From a virus, in IMG/VR virus record IMGVR_UViG_3300042907_001596, positions 1 through 64,000 of that record: a stretch of DNA of 64,000 nucleotides; one strand, written 5' to 3'. Shown one piece after another: positions 57,018-64,000 of this stretch. A model generated the notes under the pieces. That model ran no database searches, was not told the origin of the DNA, and saw only the letters and a list, made by a program, of their open reading frames with translations. Numbering within the stretch: position 1 is the stretch's first letter; each line of letters opens with the position of its first letter. A program made the translations under genes and the position numbers.

Positions 57018-57368
57018 ATGACTGACCTACGCACCCGTATCGCCGCCGCGTGCAGCGACTACTTCGCCATGCTCCGGCGGGATGACTACGTCGTTGACGG
57101 CGTCAACCCGCAGGAGGTGGCCGACATTGCGCTCCTGGCCGTGGACTTCGACGCCTGGCTGCGCTACGGCATAGAGCAGGGCTGGTGTGGCCCGCCGTGC
57201 TGCGTCCCGCACGACGGCATCGGCATCACCACAGCCGAAGAGGCTGAGTACGACGACGGCGGCGACCCTTGCTACCACGTCCTGCGGCTATACGCCGACG
57301 CCGACACCAAAGCGGCGGTGGAGGACAACCACGCTCCGTCCATCTGGCGGGCCACCAACCTGGCGTAG
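57018..57368 (+). CDS. Hypothetical protein
   Basis: WLRYGIEQGWCGPPCCVPHDG...GGDPCYHVLRL. Confidence 0.62.
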   Translation: MTDLRTRIAAACSDYFAMLRRDDYVVDGVNPQEVADIALLAVDFDAWLRYGIEQGWCGPPCCVPHDGIGITTAEEAEYDDGGDPCYHVLRLYADADTKAAVEDNHAPSIWRATNLA

Positions 57369-57408
57369 GAATATCTCCGGCCTTCCTGGCGTTATAGCTA
57401 GTGGAGGG
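57368..57408 (+). promoter_or_regulatory. Class-1 promoter (copy 4)
   Basis: GGAAT 57368, GTT 57391, TGGAGGG 57402. Confidence 0.8.
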
Positions 57409-57436
57409 GCGAAGTGCCCCGCCGGGAAGGATCACC

Positions 57437-57847
57437 GTGGCTCCAAGCCTCGCGCACATCGACGCCATGTCAGCCAAGGCGAAGGCTGCCTTGCTGCGCC
57501 AAGACGGCGTGGAAGCCCTCAGTGCCCGGTTCATCGACTTCAAGGGTGAACCCGTACTGATCAAGCGCAGCGACGGCGTGACTGTCGTTCACTACAGGGA
57601 ACGCTACGCAGGCCAGTACATCGTCCTGTATGGCGAGAAGGATGGCCGCGTCGGTGTCACCCTCGCCACCTACAAGGTGAAGGTGACCCCCGGCCCCGCC
57701 AAGCCGGAGCGCACCGCCGACGGCGGCGTGATCTTCATGGTCAACTCCCTGTCGGTCGGCGTGAAGCGCATCAAGCGGCTGCCGCCGGGATTCCAAGGTG
57801 CGCTCAACGACGCGCAGCACGACTACGAAAGGGCGATGGAATCGTGA
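57437..57847 (+). CDS. Hypothetical protein
   Basis: GTG 57437 behind RBS GGGAAGGA. Confidence 0.62.
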   Translation: MAPSLAHIDAMSAKAKAALLRQDGVEALSARFIDFKGEPVLIKRSDGVTVVHYRERYAGQYIVLYGEKDGRVGVTLATYKVKVTPGPAKPERTADGGVIFMVNSLSVGVKRIKRLPPGFQGALNDAQHDYERAMES

Positions 57848-58004
57848 GAATCGGAAAAGCGGTCATCGGTAAGTGGGGTCGCATCGGCCTCGTCACCGAC
57901 CTGTACGGCCTGGAAGAGTTCGGCCGGATCTTTGAGTACGCCACCGTCACCTACGCCGAAGGTGACAGCGACGAGTTCCCGGTGGATGGGCTGGAGGTGT
58001 ACTG

Positions 58005-58307
58005 ATGACCAAGCAGAATAGGCACAAGCACACCGGCCGCTACGCCCCGATCTACGAGCGCGGCTACCTAGCCTCGCTGGGCAATACCTACTTCCCCAAG
58101 CGCGACAAGTTCGGGTCGCCAGCGTGGATGGCAAAACTGCACATATACGGCACCACAGCCCCCACCAATCTCAGCGTGGATGACCTCACCCAGCGAATGG
58201 GCAAGCAAGCAGCGCAGGCTTTTGAAGACGGTTGGTTCGATGCCCTAGAGGACAACGTGAGCTACGAGGAGAGCTACGACGAATGTCGAGCAGTGGACAC
58301 CGCATGA
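58005..58307 (+). CDS. Hypothetical protein
   Basis: RBS GGAGGTG, TGATG coupling. Confidence 0.6.
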   Translation: MTKQNRHKHTGRYAPIYERGYLASLGNTYFPKRDKFGSPAWMAKLHIYGTTAPTNLSVDDLTQRMGKQAAQAFEDGWFDALEDNVSYEESYDECRAVDTA

Positions 58308-58561
58308 TGGTGCAACTGGAAGTCCAGTTCAAGACCGCACGGCCAATCGGCCAAGAGGTTGGGATGGAGATGTGGCTTCTTGGCGACTACTTCGTATCGA
58401 CCGGGGCCTGCGCCTACATGCTTCAGGCAAAGGGTGAGGCGGAATCCCTCACCGATGCCGTCGAGGGGCTGGTGGCTCAGATTGGCGAGGTTATTGGATC
58501 CCCCGGTGGCTGGGATGTGGTGGTTACGAAAACCAAGGCAGAGATGGTAGAACAATGCTAG
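58304..58561 (+). CDS. Hypothetical protein
   Basis: ATGA overlap. Confidence 0.5.
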   Translation: MMVQLEVQFKTARPIGQEVGMEMWLLGDYFVSTGACAYMLQAKGEAESLTDAVEGLVAQIGEVIGSPGGWDVVVTKTKAEMVEQC

Positions 58562-58779
58562 GCCGCGCCATCGCCGCTCTGCGGATAGAGCGCGGGATGA
58601 GTCGCAAAGACCTCGTTCGTGCCGCCGGGATCTCCTATCCCTACCTGGCCGAAGTGGAGAAGAGCATCAAGCTGCCCTCGTCGGCCATGCTGGGCAAGCT
58701 GGCTGCGGCACTTCACGTCATGCCCTCCGAACTCTTAGAGCGGGCAGAGCAGATTGCCGCCGACCCCAGGAATGTCTGA
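58555..58779 (+). CDS. XRE-family HTH regulator
   Basis: LRIERGMSRKDLVRAAGISYPYLAEVEKSIKLPS. Confidence 0.85.
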   Translation: MLGRAIAALRIERGMSRKDLVRAAGISYPYLAEVEKSIKLPSSAMLGKLAAALHVMPSELLERAEQIAADPRNV

Positions 58780-58790
58780 AAGGAAACGCC

Positions 58791-58997
58791 ATGATCACCC
58801 TCACCATCACCCACGCCGATGACCGTAAGACCCGGCGGGTCACCGACCATGCCACCGCCGAAGAGGCGCAGGCCGTCCTGGTTGCCTGGGCCGACGGCGA
58901 GAAGATCAGCCCCACCAGCCCAACGACGGGAACGGTCGGGGAACGAGAAGATCGCTCGTTCTGGTATTACTCCATCGCGGAATATCAGAGCGCCTGA
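58791..58997 (+). CDS. Hypothetical protein
   Basis: RBS GAAAGGA. Confidence 0.6.
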   Translation: MITLTITHADDRKTRRVTDHATAEEAQAVLVAWADGEKISPTSPTTGTVGEREDRSFWYYSIAEYQSA

Positions 58998-59019
58998 CGG
59001 CGTTGTAACAAGTGGCGGG
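58979..59019 (+). promoter_or_regulatory. Class-1 promoter (copy 5, TGGCGGG variant)
   Basis: GGAAT 58979, GTT 59002, TGGCGGG 59013, hairpin GGCGGGA/TCCGCC. Confidence 0.75.
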
Positions 59020-59044
59020 ATCATCCGCCTGGAAGGAGACACCC

Positions 59045-59296
59045 ATGGAGTATCGCGTCGTTGGCCACGAGGTGTGGCTGTTCTACGCCGACGGTGGCGA
59101 GGAACGCTTCGCTGTACTGGAAGGCCCGAACGGTGCTGCGTTGGTAGCACGGCTGCTCAACAAAAACCTGGCTGAGATCGCCGCAGAGAAGTTGTCTGCC
59201 GAACAACTCGCCCTCGACCGCGCCCGCTACGAAGAGATGCGGGCTGAAATCGTGCGGCGCGAACGGCGTGAACGCTATGGGGTGAAGTCGGAATGA
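59045..59296 (+). CDS. Hypothetical protein
   Basis: RBS GGAAGGAG, ATG 59045. Confidence 0.65.
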   Translation: MEYRVVGHEVWLFYADGGEERFAVLEGPNGAALVARLLNKNLAEIAAEKLSAEQLALDRARYEEMRAEIVRRERRERYGVKSE

Positions 59297-59453
59297 CCTC
59301 CACCATCCCTATCACCCACCTCAAGCCCTACGAGCGGCTGTCCAACGGACGCCTCGTCGTCGCCGTTACGGTCGAGCGCGACACCGTCACTGTGACCCTC
59401 AAGGGCGGCAAGCCCATCGCCTACCCCGCCGACTACGAAGTGGATGTGAGGAT

Positions 59454-59813
59454 ATGACCAAGCCAATGGGCGTCTGCCCCGCCTGCGAGGGCAGCACCCG
59501 CCGCCCGGTGCCGGAGGCTTCCCGGCGCTACATCAAGCACAACGCCAAGTGGGGCCATTGGGGTACCGCCGGATACCTGCCCCCCGGCCCCGGCCCGTAC
59601 GTCCAAGGACAAGGCTGGGAAGAGGGCGGCACGTTCCCTTGCAACAACTGCGGCGGGCAGACGATGTTCTCCAAAGCCACCGGCGAGGTGCCGCTGCGCC
59701 CCGACGGCACACCGTGCCTGCACGAGTACACCCACAAGACGACCCGCAACTGCTATCACGAATCGACGTGCAAGCACTGCGGCTTCCACTACGCCATCGA
59801 CAGCGGCGACTGA
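59454..59813 (+). CDS. Zn-finger hypothetical protein
   Basis: CPACEG, CNNCGG, CLH, CKHCG. Confidence 0.65.
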   Translation: MTKPMGVCPACEGSTRRPVPEASRRYIKHNAKWGHWGTAGYLPPGPGPYVQGQGWEEGGTFPCNNCGGQTMFSKATGEVPLRPDGTPCLHEYTHKTTRNCYHESTCKHCGFHYAIDSGD

Positions 59814-59820
59814 CCCAGGT

Positions 59821-59929
59821 TTAGCAAGGGATGTAACGCAAATGCTAAGAAGACCCGGCAGCAGGCCGGGAACGAGGTTGGCGGGCCAACGCCTCCGTAA
59901 CCAGTCGGAGTGTTCCCACCCGTCATCCC
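59821..59929. ncRNA. Candidate structured non-coding element
   Basis: Five to six short helices incl. possible pseudoknot GGGATG/CATCCC; family unknown, strand unknown. Confidence 0.3.
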
Positions 59930-59934
59930 AGAAC

Positions 59935-59975
59935 GGAATAATCACCCCTGATCTGGCGTTATAGCTAATGGAGGG
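59935..59975 (+). promoter_or_regulatory. Class-1 promoter (copy 6)
   Basis: GGAAT 59935, GTT 59958, TGGAGGG 59969. Confidence 0.8.
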
Positions 59976-60004
59976 GCCGGGTGGCCCCGCCGGGAAGGGT
60001 TCTC

Positions 60005-60160
60005 ATGCAGAAGCCATGGCAGCAGATGCACGTTCGCAACGGCGTGCGTTTCCAGCCCAAGTGCCCTTGTGGCTGGCAGGGTCGTCCGGTGGCCGATCGG
60101 GCGAGGGCGGAGCGCGAAGCCGACCGCCACGGCCCCGGTTGCGGTTGGGGTGATGAGTGA
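60005..60160 (+). CDS. Small Zn-finger-like protein, 51 aa (not in ORF track)
   Basis: RBS GGGAAGGG; KCPCGWQG...ADRH; TGATG coupling. Confidence 0.55.
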   Translation: MQKPWQQMHVRNGVRFQPKCPCGWQGRPVADRARAEREADRHGPGCGWGDE

Positions 60161-60384
60161 TGGCTGACCCCAACGCCAAGTACGAAGCGGAGCTTCGGGA
60201 GCAGCTAGCCGAAGCCATCGACTACGTCGCAAAGTCGGCTCTCGCCCTGGAAGAGGCCAAAGGCCACCTGGAGCGCGACCTCGACCGCCTGGAGAAGATC
60301 AAGAGGAAGCTGGACGGCCTCGCCGCCCTGAAGGCCCGAGAGGACGCCTACTGGGCTGAGGTCGACGCCAAGGAAGGAGCCTGA
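60160..60384 (+). CDS. Small coiled-coil protein
   Basis: Heptad-rich ORF, coupled to upstream stop. Confidence 0.6.
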   Translation: MADPNAKYEAELREQLAEAIDYVAKSALALEEAKGHLERDLDRLEKIKRKLDGLAALKAREDAYWAEVDAKEGA

Positions 60385-60385
60385 G

Positions 60386-60778
60386 ATGGCGCGGAAGATG
60401 ACCCGGCACGGCGTCACCGTGGTCGGTGGTGGCGGCTTCTACGTCACACTTGACGGCCGGTTTGAGGTTGTTAAGGTTGACGACTTTGAGACATCCTGCG
60501 ACGAACCGCACCCTGTGAAGCTGCCGCGTGAGAAGTGGTTCATGGACGGCGACTACGACAGCCGTGGCCGGTGGGTCACCAAGCTCAAGAAGGGGTACCG
60601 CTGCGAAGGCGGCGGGACGCACTTCTATGTGGCCTGGCACATCTGGGATCGCCAGAACGGCTGGGACGGCGAGTATGCAGAGGGCACCGGGCCGGGTGAG
60701 TTCGACACCTTCGATGAAGCCATGCGCGACCTGGCCGACATCCTCAAGCGCGAGGCAGCCAAGCACGCGGTGGAATAA
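60386..60778 (+). CDS. Hypothetical protein
   Basis: RBS GGAAGGAG; stop overlaps the next GGAAT. Confidence 0.65.
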   Translation: MARKMTRHGVTVVGGGGFYVTLDGRFEVVKVDDFETSCDEPHPVKLPREKWFMDGDYDSRGRWVTKLKKGYRCEGGGTHFYVAWHIWDRQNGWDGEYAEGTGPGEFDTFDEAMRDLADILKREAAKHAVE

Positions 60779-60812
60779 TCCGCCCCGCCTCAGCGTTCTA
60801 CTAGATGGAGGG
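60772..60812 (+). promoter_or_regulatory. Class-1 promoter (copy 7)
   Basis: GGAAT 60772, GTT 60795, TGGAGGG 60806, hairpin TGGAGGG/CCCTCCA. Confidence 0.8.
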
Positions 60813-60839
60813 GGCAACCCTCCATGAAAGGAGATTCTG

Positions 60840-61157
60840 ATGCCTGAGCGCGTAAAGGTCGTCGCGGAAGCCCACCACGACGGTCGCAAGACCAAGGGTA
60901 CGGCCGAACTGTTGGTCAGCCCCGGCTACAAGGCTGAGCCTGACTACGGCATCGTGCTGTCGGTGCGCAGCGAGCAGGGCTATGCCCCCGGCGCTCGCGG
61001 CTACTCCCATGGCGGGGTGTCCAAGTTCTCCCCCGCTGAGGCGCGAGAGATCGCCGCCGCCCTACTGGCAGCCGCCGACGAAGTCGAGGCGCTGTCGGGC
61101 CACGACCCCGTCAAGGTGGCACTGAGGAAGCTGGGCGTCTTGAAAGGAGACGAGTAA
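60840..61157 (+). CDS. Hypothetical protein
   Basis: RBS GAAAGGAG; FSPAEAREIAAALLAAADE motif common in actinophage proteins. Confidence 0.65.
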   Translation: MPERVKVVAEAHHDGRKTKGTAELLVSPGYKAEPDYGIVLSVRSEQGYAPGARGYSHGGVSKFSPAEAREIAAALLAAADEVEALSGHDPVKVALRKLGVLKGDE

Positions 61158-61450
61158 TGACTGACTTCAAGGTAAAGATCCAACTGGATTGGATCGACAC
61201 CGACGACATCCCACAACTGCGCGAGCAGGTAGAAGAGTTCGTCGCGCTGTTCGGCCACGACGGTCTGCACACCGGCGGGATCTCCATCGAAGGTGCGGAA
61301 GGGCCAGCCGACGACGGCACACTCGTGCTGGACTTCGACTGGATCGACCTGGACGACGTGCCGGAACTGCTGGTCGCAATCGAAGACCGCTTGGTGCTGT
61401 CCGGCGATGCCACCGGCACGGTATCCATCGACTCCATAGAGTTCGTCTAG
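61157..61450 (+). CDS. Acidic protein with internal duplication
   Basis: LDWIDTDDIPQL / FDWIDLDDVPEL; TAATG coupling. Confidence 0.62.
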   Translation: MTDFKVKIQLDWIDTDDIPQLREQVEEFVALFGHDGLHTGGISIEGAEGPADDGTLVLDFDWIDLDDVPELLVAIEDRLVLSGDATGTVSIDSIEFV

Positions 61451-61495
61451 GCGTGTCGCCCCGTTCTCCCGCACGACCTGCGGGAGAATACGGGC

Positions 61496-61711
61496 ATGTC
61501 TGCCGAACGCATCGTCGTATTGCAAAACAGCATCCGTGCCCGTCAGGTGGAGATCCGCCGGTTGACCGAAGCGAACCGCGAGAACGCCCGCGAACTCAAA
61601 ACGCTGGTCGACATTCCGACGTGGTTGATCTTCATGTCCACCCTGGAGGGCACCCCGGCCGAGTTTGAAGATCCCGACTACCTGGCCAACCTCGACCTCA
61701 AAGCCCGATGA
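61496..61711 (+). CDS. Hypothetical coiled-coil protein
   Basis: RBS GGGAG lies inside a hairpin. Confidence 0.55.
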   Translation: MSAERIVVLQNSIRARQVEIRRLTEANRENARELKTLVDIPTWLIFMSTLEGTPAEFEDPDYLANLDLKAR

Positions 61712-62427
61712 GGAGCCACCTCAACACCCACGGCCCGCACCCGATGGCGCTGAGCACCGTCGCGGTAGTCGCCCACCCGGCGCGTACGTCGATGGCCAAC
61801 GTCGTCGCCTTTGAGTCCGGTGCCGATGCGGTGTGCTGGGACACCGGCGGCATCGGCTGCGAAGCCAACCACATGCAAGCCTGGCGGTGGCTCACCGAAT
61901 CCGCCCAGCCGTGGTCGGTCGTGCTGGAAGACGACGTGGCATTGGTCGGGCAGTTCACCCACCAACTGGGGCAGGTGCTGGCCGCAGCGCCCTCCCCGGT
62001 TGTGTCCCTCTACTTAGGCCGGGGGCACCCACACGGCGGCACCTTCGACTGGCAGAATCGGATCTCCGCGAAGATCACCGCCGACGTGTGCTGGCTGACG
62101 GCCGAGTCGCTGCTGTCGGCGCAAGGCTGCGCGATCCGCACCCACCTCGTCCCCGACATGCTCGCCCTGGTGGAGCCGCTGACGAAGGACGGCATGCCGG
62201 TGGACGAAGCGATCAGCGTGTGGTGCCAAGAGCGCGGGTACCTCGTGGCGCACTGCCGACCCAGCATTGTCGACCACCTGGATCCGCCGCCGCTGATCAC
62301 TAAGCGGGCCGACGGGCAGCCCAGGACGGCCAAAAGAACGGCCTGGCTCTTCGATGGACGGACTTTTTGGGACTCCTCGACTGCTCACCTCACCAACCTG
62401 CGTTCGGCGGCGATACCGGAAGCGTGA
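61708..62427 (+). CDS. Glycosyltransferase (GT25-like)
   Basis: VVAHPAR, GCEANH..AW, VVLEDD, PVDEAI, PSIVDH; start may be 61744. Confidence 0.75.
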   Translation: MRSHLNTHGPHPMALSTVAVVAHPARTSMANVVAFESGADAVCWDTGGIGCEANHMQAWRWLTESAQPWSVVLEDDVALVGQFTHQLGQVLAAAPSPVVSLYLGRGHPHGGTFDWQNRISAKITADVCWLTAESLLSAQGCAIRTHLVPDMLALVEPLTKDGMPVDEAISVWCQERGYLVAHCRPSIVDHLDPPPLITKRADGQPRTAKRTAWLFDGRTFWDSSTAHLTNLRSAAIPEA

Positions 62428-62452
62428 GACACCCGCCGATAAACTGAAGGTT

Positions 62453-62532
62453 CACAGCCCCGGCTAGCTTGCCAGAGCGAAAAGCGGACGTTGCTGCACT
62501 TACTCCGTTCGCACCCGCCTGCCGGGGCTGTG
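62453..62532 (+). ncRNA. Candidate 80-nt hairpin RNA
   Basis: Perfect 12-bp terminal stem CACAGCCCCGGC/GCCGGGGCTGTG with inner helix; TAAACT -10 at 62440. Confidence 0.4.
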
Positions 62533-62564
62533 TGCATCCCCCCTTCGACCAGGAAGGGGTGGAG
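62529..62564 (+). promoter_or_regulatory. Class-2 promoter-like motif TGT-N21-GAAGGGGTGGAG
   Basis: Same TGT-to-GAA offset as 25622 and 51132; overlaps a possible RBS. Confidence 0.45.
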
Positions 62565-62575
62565 GGTATGGGCAG

Positions 62576-64000
62576 ATGACACGGCGGATTCAGCGGCAAC
62601 GGGAGGCGTTTGCCTATCGGGTCGCTGAGGTTGAGGGCTACCCCCGCGACTACAGCTTGACGACGTGGACGCCGGAAGAGGAAGCCCTCGCCGCCGAACT
62701 AGGCGAACGCCTCCAGCAGAAGGGCATCAGCGGCTTCGGTGCCGACACCATGACCCAAGCGTTGCAGGAACTGATCCTGATGCGCCGGGAGCGCGAGGAA
62801 GCACCGTGGTCGGAAGACTACGACAAAGCGTACAACGACTGGGAAGCCGGACACGAAAGCGACAAGCTGGCCCGCCGGATCGCCACGCGGGCGCTGATGG
62901 CGGTAGTCCCGATGAACGCCCCCGACGGCTATGACCCGGCCGACTACGACCCCCACGACCTCTACGCAGGCAATCCCCCGCACGAAGCTCTGCTCTCCCG
63001 CCTGGAGAAGAAGTTCATGGGCTGGTACGAACAGCACGGCCAGGAGCATCTGAACTACGCCGGACGAGGCCCGCTAGGTAACTGGCACCAGATCGAACAG
63101 TTCCTCAAGATGCACTACCCCGAAGCGCACCGGGGGCTGAACACCGGCTTTGAGGGCGCGATGCCGCTGATTGACTACGGCGACCAACCCGGCCGCGACC
63201 GACGCAAGGTCTTCACTGAAGAAAAGCTCAACAACCTCCCTGGATACGCCACCGGGCCGGAGGCAGTGGCTCAGCACGGTTATGACCCCAAAGAGGTCGC
63301 GGCGGGCATGCTGCTTCTGCACAACCGCACTCACGACCACCGGGGCGGGGACATTGAGCAGGCGGGCATCGACCGGCTGTACGACATTGCCCAGAAGCGT
63401 TTTGAGATGCAGCGGGCGTATGAGCAGCGCCAGAAGACGGCGTACTACGGCGATGGCCTCCGCACCAACCCCAACTCCCCCACCGGCCTGCCCCTGCTGG
63501 GAGATCCCACCCCCGAACTGACCGGCGAGGAAAGCCAGGAGCTTTACGACCAGATCTCTCAGGCCGACGTGCTGGGCCGGGTGAACCAAGAGTTCCACGA
63601 CTGGGCGTACGAGAACAACAAAGAAAACCCGTACGACGAAGAAGGCTCCCTTGGCTGGCACGGCGAGGCGCGAGGCCCGATCGGCTACTGGCCGCACGTC
63701 GAAGACTTCCTCAAGGAGAAATATCCGGCAGCCCACCGGGGCTTGTCGTTGGGCATGGAGGACGCTGGGTATCTGCTCGACGTACTTCCGACCGGCAAGG
63801 GGTGGGACAAGCCCAGCGTTAGAGGCAAGGATCCGTACGAGACGGGCATCGACGCTGTCGCCCAGCATGGGTACGACCCGAAGGAGATCGTCGCCGCCCT
63901 CATGCTGCTGCACAACGACACCTCGCTGTTGCGCCGCAACAAGCAGGGCATCCAAGACGAGGATCTAGAGCGGCTGCACGACATCGCCGCCCGTCGCTAC
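62576..64000 (+). CDS. Large protein with tandem ~200-aa repeat (3' truncated, not in ORF track)
   Basis: Open from ATG 62576 to window end (475 codons); RGPxGxW...FLKxxYPxAHRGL...AVAQHGYDPKE...LLHN occurs twice. Confidence 0.8.
   Translation, partial: MTRRIQRQREAFAYRVAEVEGYPRDYSLTTWTPEEEALAAELGERLQQKGISGFGADTMTQALQELILMRREREEAPWSEDYDKAYNDWEAGHESDKLARRIATRALMAVVPMNAPDGYDPADYDPHDLYAGNPPHEALLSRLEKKFMGWYEQHGQEHLNYAGRGPLGNWHQIEQFLKMHYPEAHRGLNTGFEGAMPLIDYGDQPGRDRRKVFTEEKLNNLPGYATGPEAVAQHGYDPKEVAAGMLLLHNRTHDHRGGDIEQAGIDRLYDIAQKRFEMQRAYEQRQKTAYYGDGLRTNPNSPTGLPLLGDPTPELTGEESQELYDQISQADVLGRVNQEFHDWAYENNKENPYDEEGSLGWHGEARGPIGYWPHVEDFLKEKYPAAHRGLSLGMEDAGYLLDVLPTGKGWDKPSVRGKDPYETGIDAVAQHGYDPKEIVAALMLLHNDTSLLRRNKQGIQDEDLERLHDIAARRY

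Noticed and set aside
58769-58795. GGAAT before ORF 58791 as an eighth class-1 promoter
   Set aside because: No GTT at N18 and no TGGAGGG.
59821-59848. TTAGCA-N16-TGCTAA as a CIRCE/HrcA operator
   Set aside because: One base too long and lacks the inner CTC/GAG arms.
62453-62532. tRNA or SRP RNA
   Set aside because: No cloverleaf, proper T-arm or CCA, and no SRP domain IV motif; kept only as an unknown hairpin RNA.

Overview
This is a 64 kb slice of a large, high-GC actinobacterial myophage. The gene set and order resemble cluster C/AA-type mycobacteriophages (from recall, not a search). Layout: 1-23 kb contractile tail and baseplate module (sheath, tube, -1 frameshifted chaperone, tape measure, hub, spike, fibre, wedge proteins, 1919-aa tail protein); 23-25.6 kb inserted cassette of small genes; 25.7-28.6 kb two LysB/cutinase-like genes; 28.6-47.9 kb replication and recombination module (SNF2-like helicase, DnaC, DnaB, primase, J-domain, SSB, DnaE, RecA, three nucleases, a sigma-4-like protein); 47.9-64 kb accessory genes (three glycosyltransferases, a C1 peptidase, DUF932, many small ORFs). 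No tRNA, CRISPR array, integrase or reverse transcriptase was seen. The most striking unexplained signal is a layered non-coding regulatory system: (i) seven copies of GGAAT-N18-GTT-N8-TGG(A/C)GGG, a SigH/SigE/sigmaR-type promoter, in front of small-gene cassettes; (ii) promoter spacers complementary to the downstream RBS, so read-through mRNA would be silenced; (iii) two intergenic hairpins whose loops are 13-17 nt antisense to specific phage RBS elsewhere in the window; (iv) a second promoter-like motif, TGT-N21-GAARGGGTGRAG. Several virion proteins also carry enzyme domains with the catalytic residue replaced, and a glycoside-hydrolase barrel appears split across a possible -1 frameshift. 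All motif counts and pairings were read by eye, and functions are inferred from motifs only.
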